In this document: positions 60,808-64,000 of the stretch, piece by piece
Numbering within the stretch: the first letter of the stretch is position 1
Layout: each line of letters begins with the position of its first letter
Source: Nymphaea colorata
Taxonomy: Eukaryota
DNA: 64,000 bases
Direction: 5' to 3'
NCBI RefSeq assembly: GCF_008831285.2
Contig: NC_045138.2
Coordinates: forward strand, 19,344,001 to 19,408,000
The notes under the pieces: model-generated
Told to the model about the DNA's origin: nothing
Databases searched by the model: none
The model's input: the letters and a program-made list of their open reading frames with translations, nothing else
Made by a program: the position numbers and the translations under genes

Positions 60808-61079
60808 GCCTATAATTGTTTTTTTTTTTTGTGGATTTTTATATCTATTTGGACTTGGTTTTGGATCTCAGTCCAATATATGATATTCATTTTAGTTATG
60901 TATTACCTATAGAAGCTTATTATGAAAGTTCAGACTAATGGTCATTGCCTACAACTATTTTTGTGGGCCTTCTATATTTATTTGGACATGGTTCTGGATC
61001 TAGTCTAATATGTGATACTTCACTTTATTTATGTTTTAACTATAGAAGCTTATTCTAGAAACTGAGATTAATGACCATT
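60808..61079. repeat. Diverged ~139-bp tandem duplication (2 copies)
   Basis: Copies start at 60808 and 60947 and share GCCTA..., TATTTGGAC.TGGTT.TGGATCT, CTATAGAAGCTTATT and AGA.TAATG..CATT in the same order. Confidence 0.8.
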
Positions 61080-61445
61080 TCTGGTGCTGCTGATATTTCT
61101 ACAGCCCTCGCAAGTCCTTAATTGCTATTTATATATATATATATAATCCAGACCACTTAAAATGCTTTCTAAGTCTCTTAAACATGACGTCAACATACCA
61201 GTTTGATTGCGACTACTATCTTAGTAGAAAACAAGCTTTAATGTATGATGATTTAAAAAAAACTTGATTTTTCGCTACTAAAATTTTGGTGTCCTAAGAG
61301 CTATTAATATTAATTTTTTCTTTTAGTGTTTTGAAAACAAACTTCAACTTGAAAAAAAATACTGAATCAATTTTAAGATCACACCTACAATGCAAAAAAA
61401 TAAAATACTTTACATTACAGTTTGTACAATTTTAAGTGGTATGAC

Positions 61446-61477
<32 letters not shown>

Positions 61478-61991
61478 AATCAAATCAATGATTGGATGGT
61501 TTTCTTACTTCATTTGACAAAAATCATCGGAAAAGGTGCATTTATCGCTATAAATTGTAGCCAAACAACTAGCCTCCGGCCCCGCCACCACTACATCTTT
61601 CACGATGATTTTTAAAGGCAAAAAATTAAAAAAAAATTGACCATAGCTGACTAATTACAATTCCTATGTAAATAAATAAATAAATAAATAAACAAATAAA
61701 TTATATATATATATGTGTGTGTTAAATATTGCCGGATAGTTAAAACTAAAAGTTTGTTGTCAAAAAGCGGTCGTTAAATTGGCGTTAGCCAAGATTTCTG
61801 ATGCATCGATGGTTTATAGTAAATTTAGAGACGAATTATAGTTTTTAAATTGTAATTTTAATTATCTACAACTATTTGACACAGACGCTTAAACTAGGCC
61901 CAATAAAATTAATTATTAAGGTTTTTTTTACAATCTAACCTTATAGAAACCTAAATTGAGTTAATTATTCTTATTTTAATAATGTCTTCTT

Positions 61992-62301
61992 TAAGGGCAC
62001 CAGGCCAGCTGGACTGGGGCCGGGCTCAAAAAAATGGCACTAGGACAGCTCGTGTGGGCTCGATAATAGTTTTTTAATATATATTTTATTATATATATAT
62101 ATATAATTTTAATATTATATTATGATTTTTAATATTTATATATTATTTTTAGTTAAAATATACATTTTATAATTTAATTGGGCCGGGCTCAGGCCCGCGT
62201 TTCGGATGTTGGGCCCGGCCGGGCTCAAGCGCTGGTTTCGGGTGTCGGGCCAGCCCGAGCCCGACTTTTTATCGGGCTAGGCCGAACCGGTAGATGCCTA
62301 G
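61992..62301. mobile_element. GGGCCGGGCTC-repeat MITE-like element
   Basis: GC-rich ends with repeated GGGCCGGGCTCA/GCCCGA motifs around a very AT-rich core. Termini degenerate. Confidence 0.55.
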
Positions 62302-64000
62302 GCTTATTATTTACCAATTAGTATATATATATATATATATATACACCAAAAGCTGTTCAATGGTGAGTCGTATCAGGCAAGCAAACGATGATCTGATGAT
62401 GGTGTTCTCGTTCTCTGATCATATAATCGGAAGTTTACCTACCATATGAATTCTCAATAAAGGGCTAAATTCAATTATCATGTGGAAGGATCAAGTTAAT
62501 TAATGCCCCACTGTGTCCGGAACTAGCGTGGGCCCGAACTCTCTGTCTGACCGTCTTCTAGATTTTGTTGGTGTCGGATAAATACCGTGTGGAACGGAAC
62601 AATATGGGCCCGATCCTGATCCATTAGCAGATCTCATTCGGAAAAAGACAAGGTCGTGCGTGCCCCGTAGCTCTCACCCATTTTTGGTACCTTAGATTAG
62701 GTAAATGATAATCCAGATCTGTGGTTGGGTCCCCCGACATGACATACAGGAGATTGACATGTCATGTGTACAACACGTGAATGATCCAACGGTCAGAACT
62801 CGCAGTTGTTGGATCACAAGATGAAGATCCTGATCATTGGATGGACAGGGATAATTTTTAAAGTGGGTCAGGGTCTGATCCGAAGCATGGGTACCACCTA
62901 TAATGTAGGAGTACCCAGATCTATGGTCCAAGTCCACCTCAATGACCCGTTTGACAAAACAGGCACCAACTGCCATTAATTTTGGAGGTGGGGATGTCAA
63001 TGGATCAATTGTACCGTCTACCATGTCCAGACAAGTGAATAGTTTGCATACTTCAGATTTGTAACTGAATTTGAATGAAGAAAAAATCAGGCCACATCTG
63101 AATCTGATTCTTAAAACTGCAACCAAATTCCAGAACTTTCGTGGTGGATTCGATGCATCCAAAACCCAATCATGCTTTTTGACAATAAAATTGAGATATG
63201 ATTTCAAATGTTGAATTGGAGATGGACACTTAACGTCGTTTCCGGAATCTAAATCTGATCTGGCTTTCCATTTGGATTTGAAAACTTTTTCTATATACAG
63301 TTACTTTAATATCTTTCCATTGGATATTTAATCTGAATCAATCGAACCCTAGACCAGGAAAAAGGGCTTCTTATGAAACTCATATCTGTTTAGGGAGAGG
63401 AATCTTGTTGAGGAGTCCGCGTTACAGATATATCCGGTAGGTTCGACATGCACCCATTTATAGAGGCGCAATGTGCTTTTAGTACTAGATAAAGTTCGCC
63501 CTTAGACCGAGAGATTGTGAAAATTTTAATATAATGCAGTGTAAGCATAAATGCTTTAGAAGCGATGTTACAATATTTCGAATACACTCGAATACCTATC
63601 CATTAAGTCAACGAACATAAAATATCAAGGTCTAGACAAGGACGACTGGAAAAAACACCTAGCTATGTAACTTGCATAGTCAACATAAATGACAATGTTC
63701 ATCACATAATGCTAATGAGATCATGGAAGAGGACATGACTTCAGCATTGGAAGTCTTCCTGGGTAAACCTAATACAGAAACTTATCGGACCAAGTATGTT
63801 CTTTGGTAAGCACCTTTTTTTTCGGGCATCATACAGTTTTTTTTTTCCTTTTGGGTTTACTTATCACTCAGTAGGGCCGCACCCACGTTAAACGAAGCGG
63901 TTGGTCGCCTGGTGGCATGGATTCCTGCAAGTCACACAATTCAATAGCTTTGTCTTACAAAAGAATTGGCCCGGGCCATGCCCAATTTTGAGCAGGTATT

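Noticed and set aside
62692..63207. Longest unassigned ORF (171 aa, minus)
   Set aside because: Starts at TTG, has no recognisable motif, and lies in GGATC/GATCC-rich degenerate repeat DNA.

Overview
Eukaryotic, intron-rich flowering-plant nuclear DNA; the species cannot be fixed from the sequence alone. It holds seven protein-coding loci, assembled here by hand from GT-AG splice sites: (1) last coding exon of a cysteine synthase/OAS-TL (+, 88-180); (2) 40S ribosomal protein S18/uS13 (+, 2265-5719); (3) NAD(H) glutamate dehydrogenase, beta/GDH1-like (+, 13289-17435, 9 exons, 411 aa); (4) H/ACA snoRNP subunit GAR1 (-, 19586-22304, 4 exons, 195 aa); (5) a small uncharacterised two-exon gene (+, ~26746-29529); (6) RNA Pol II CTD phosphatase CPL4-like (-, 32745-40780, 8 coding exons, 462 aa); (7) myosin XI-F-like (+, 48040-59114, 40 coding exons, ~1560 aa). 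Locus 5 is the most interesting. Its product carries SILK- and RVxW-type PP1-docking motifs and a C-terminal CaaX box, yet its frame has no usable in-frame AUG: an in-frame upstream ORF ends in a TGA that overlaps an out-of-frame ATG. Intergenic DNA and large introns hold non-autonomous hAT, MULE and Harbinger-type elements, including a three-layer nest (hAT transposase relic, hAT MITE, LTR+PBS fragment) in CPL4 intron 4, plus many microsatellites. I found no tRNA, rRNA, snoRNA or CRISPR array that I could support. Most entries in the ORF track are spurious or are exon fragments.
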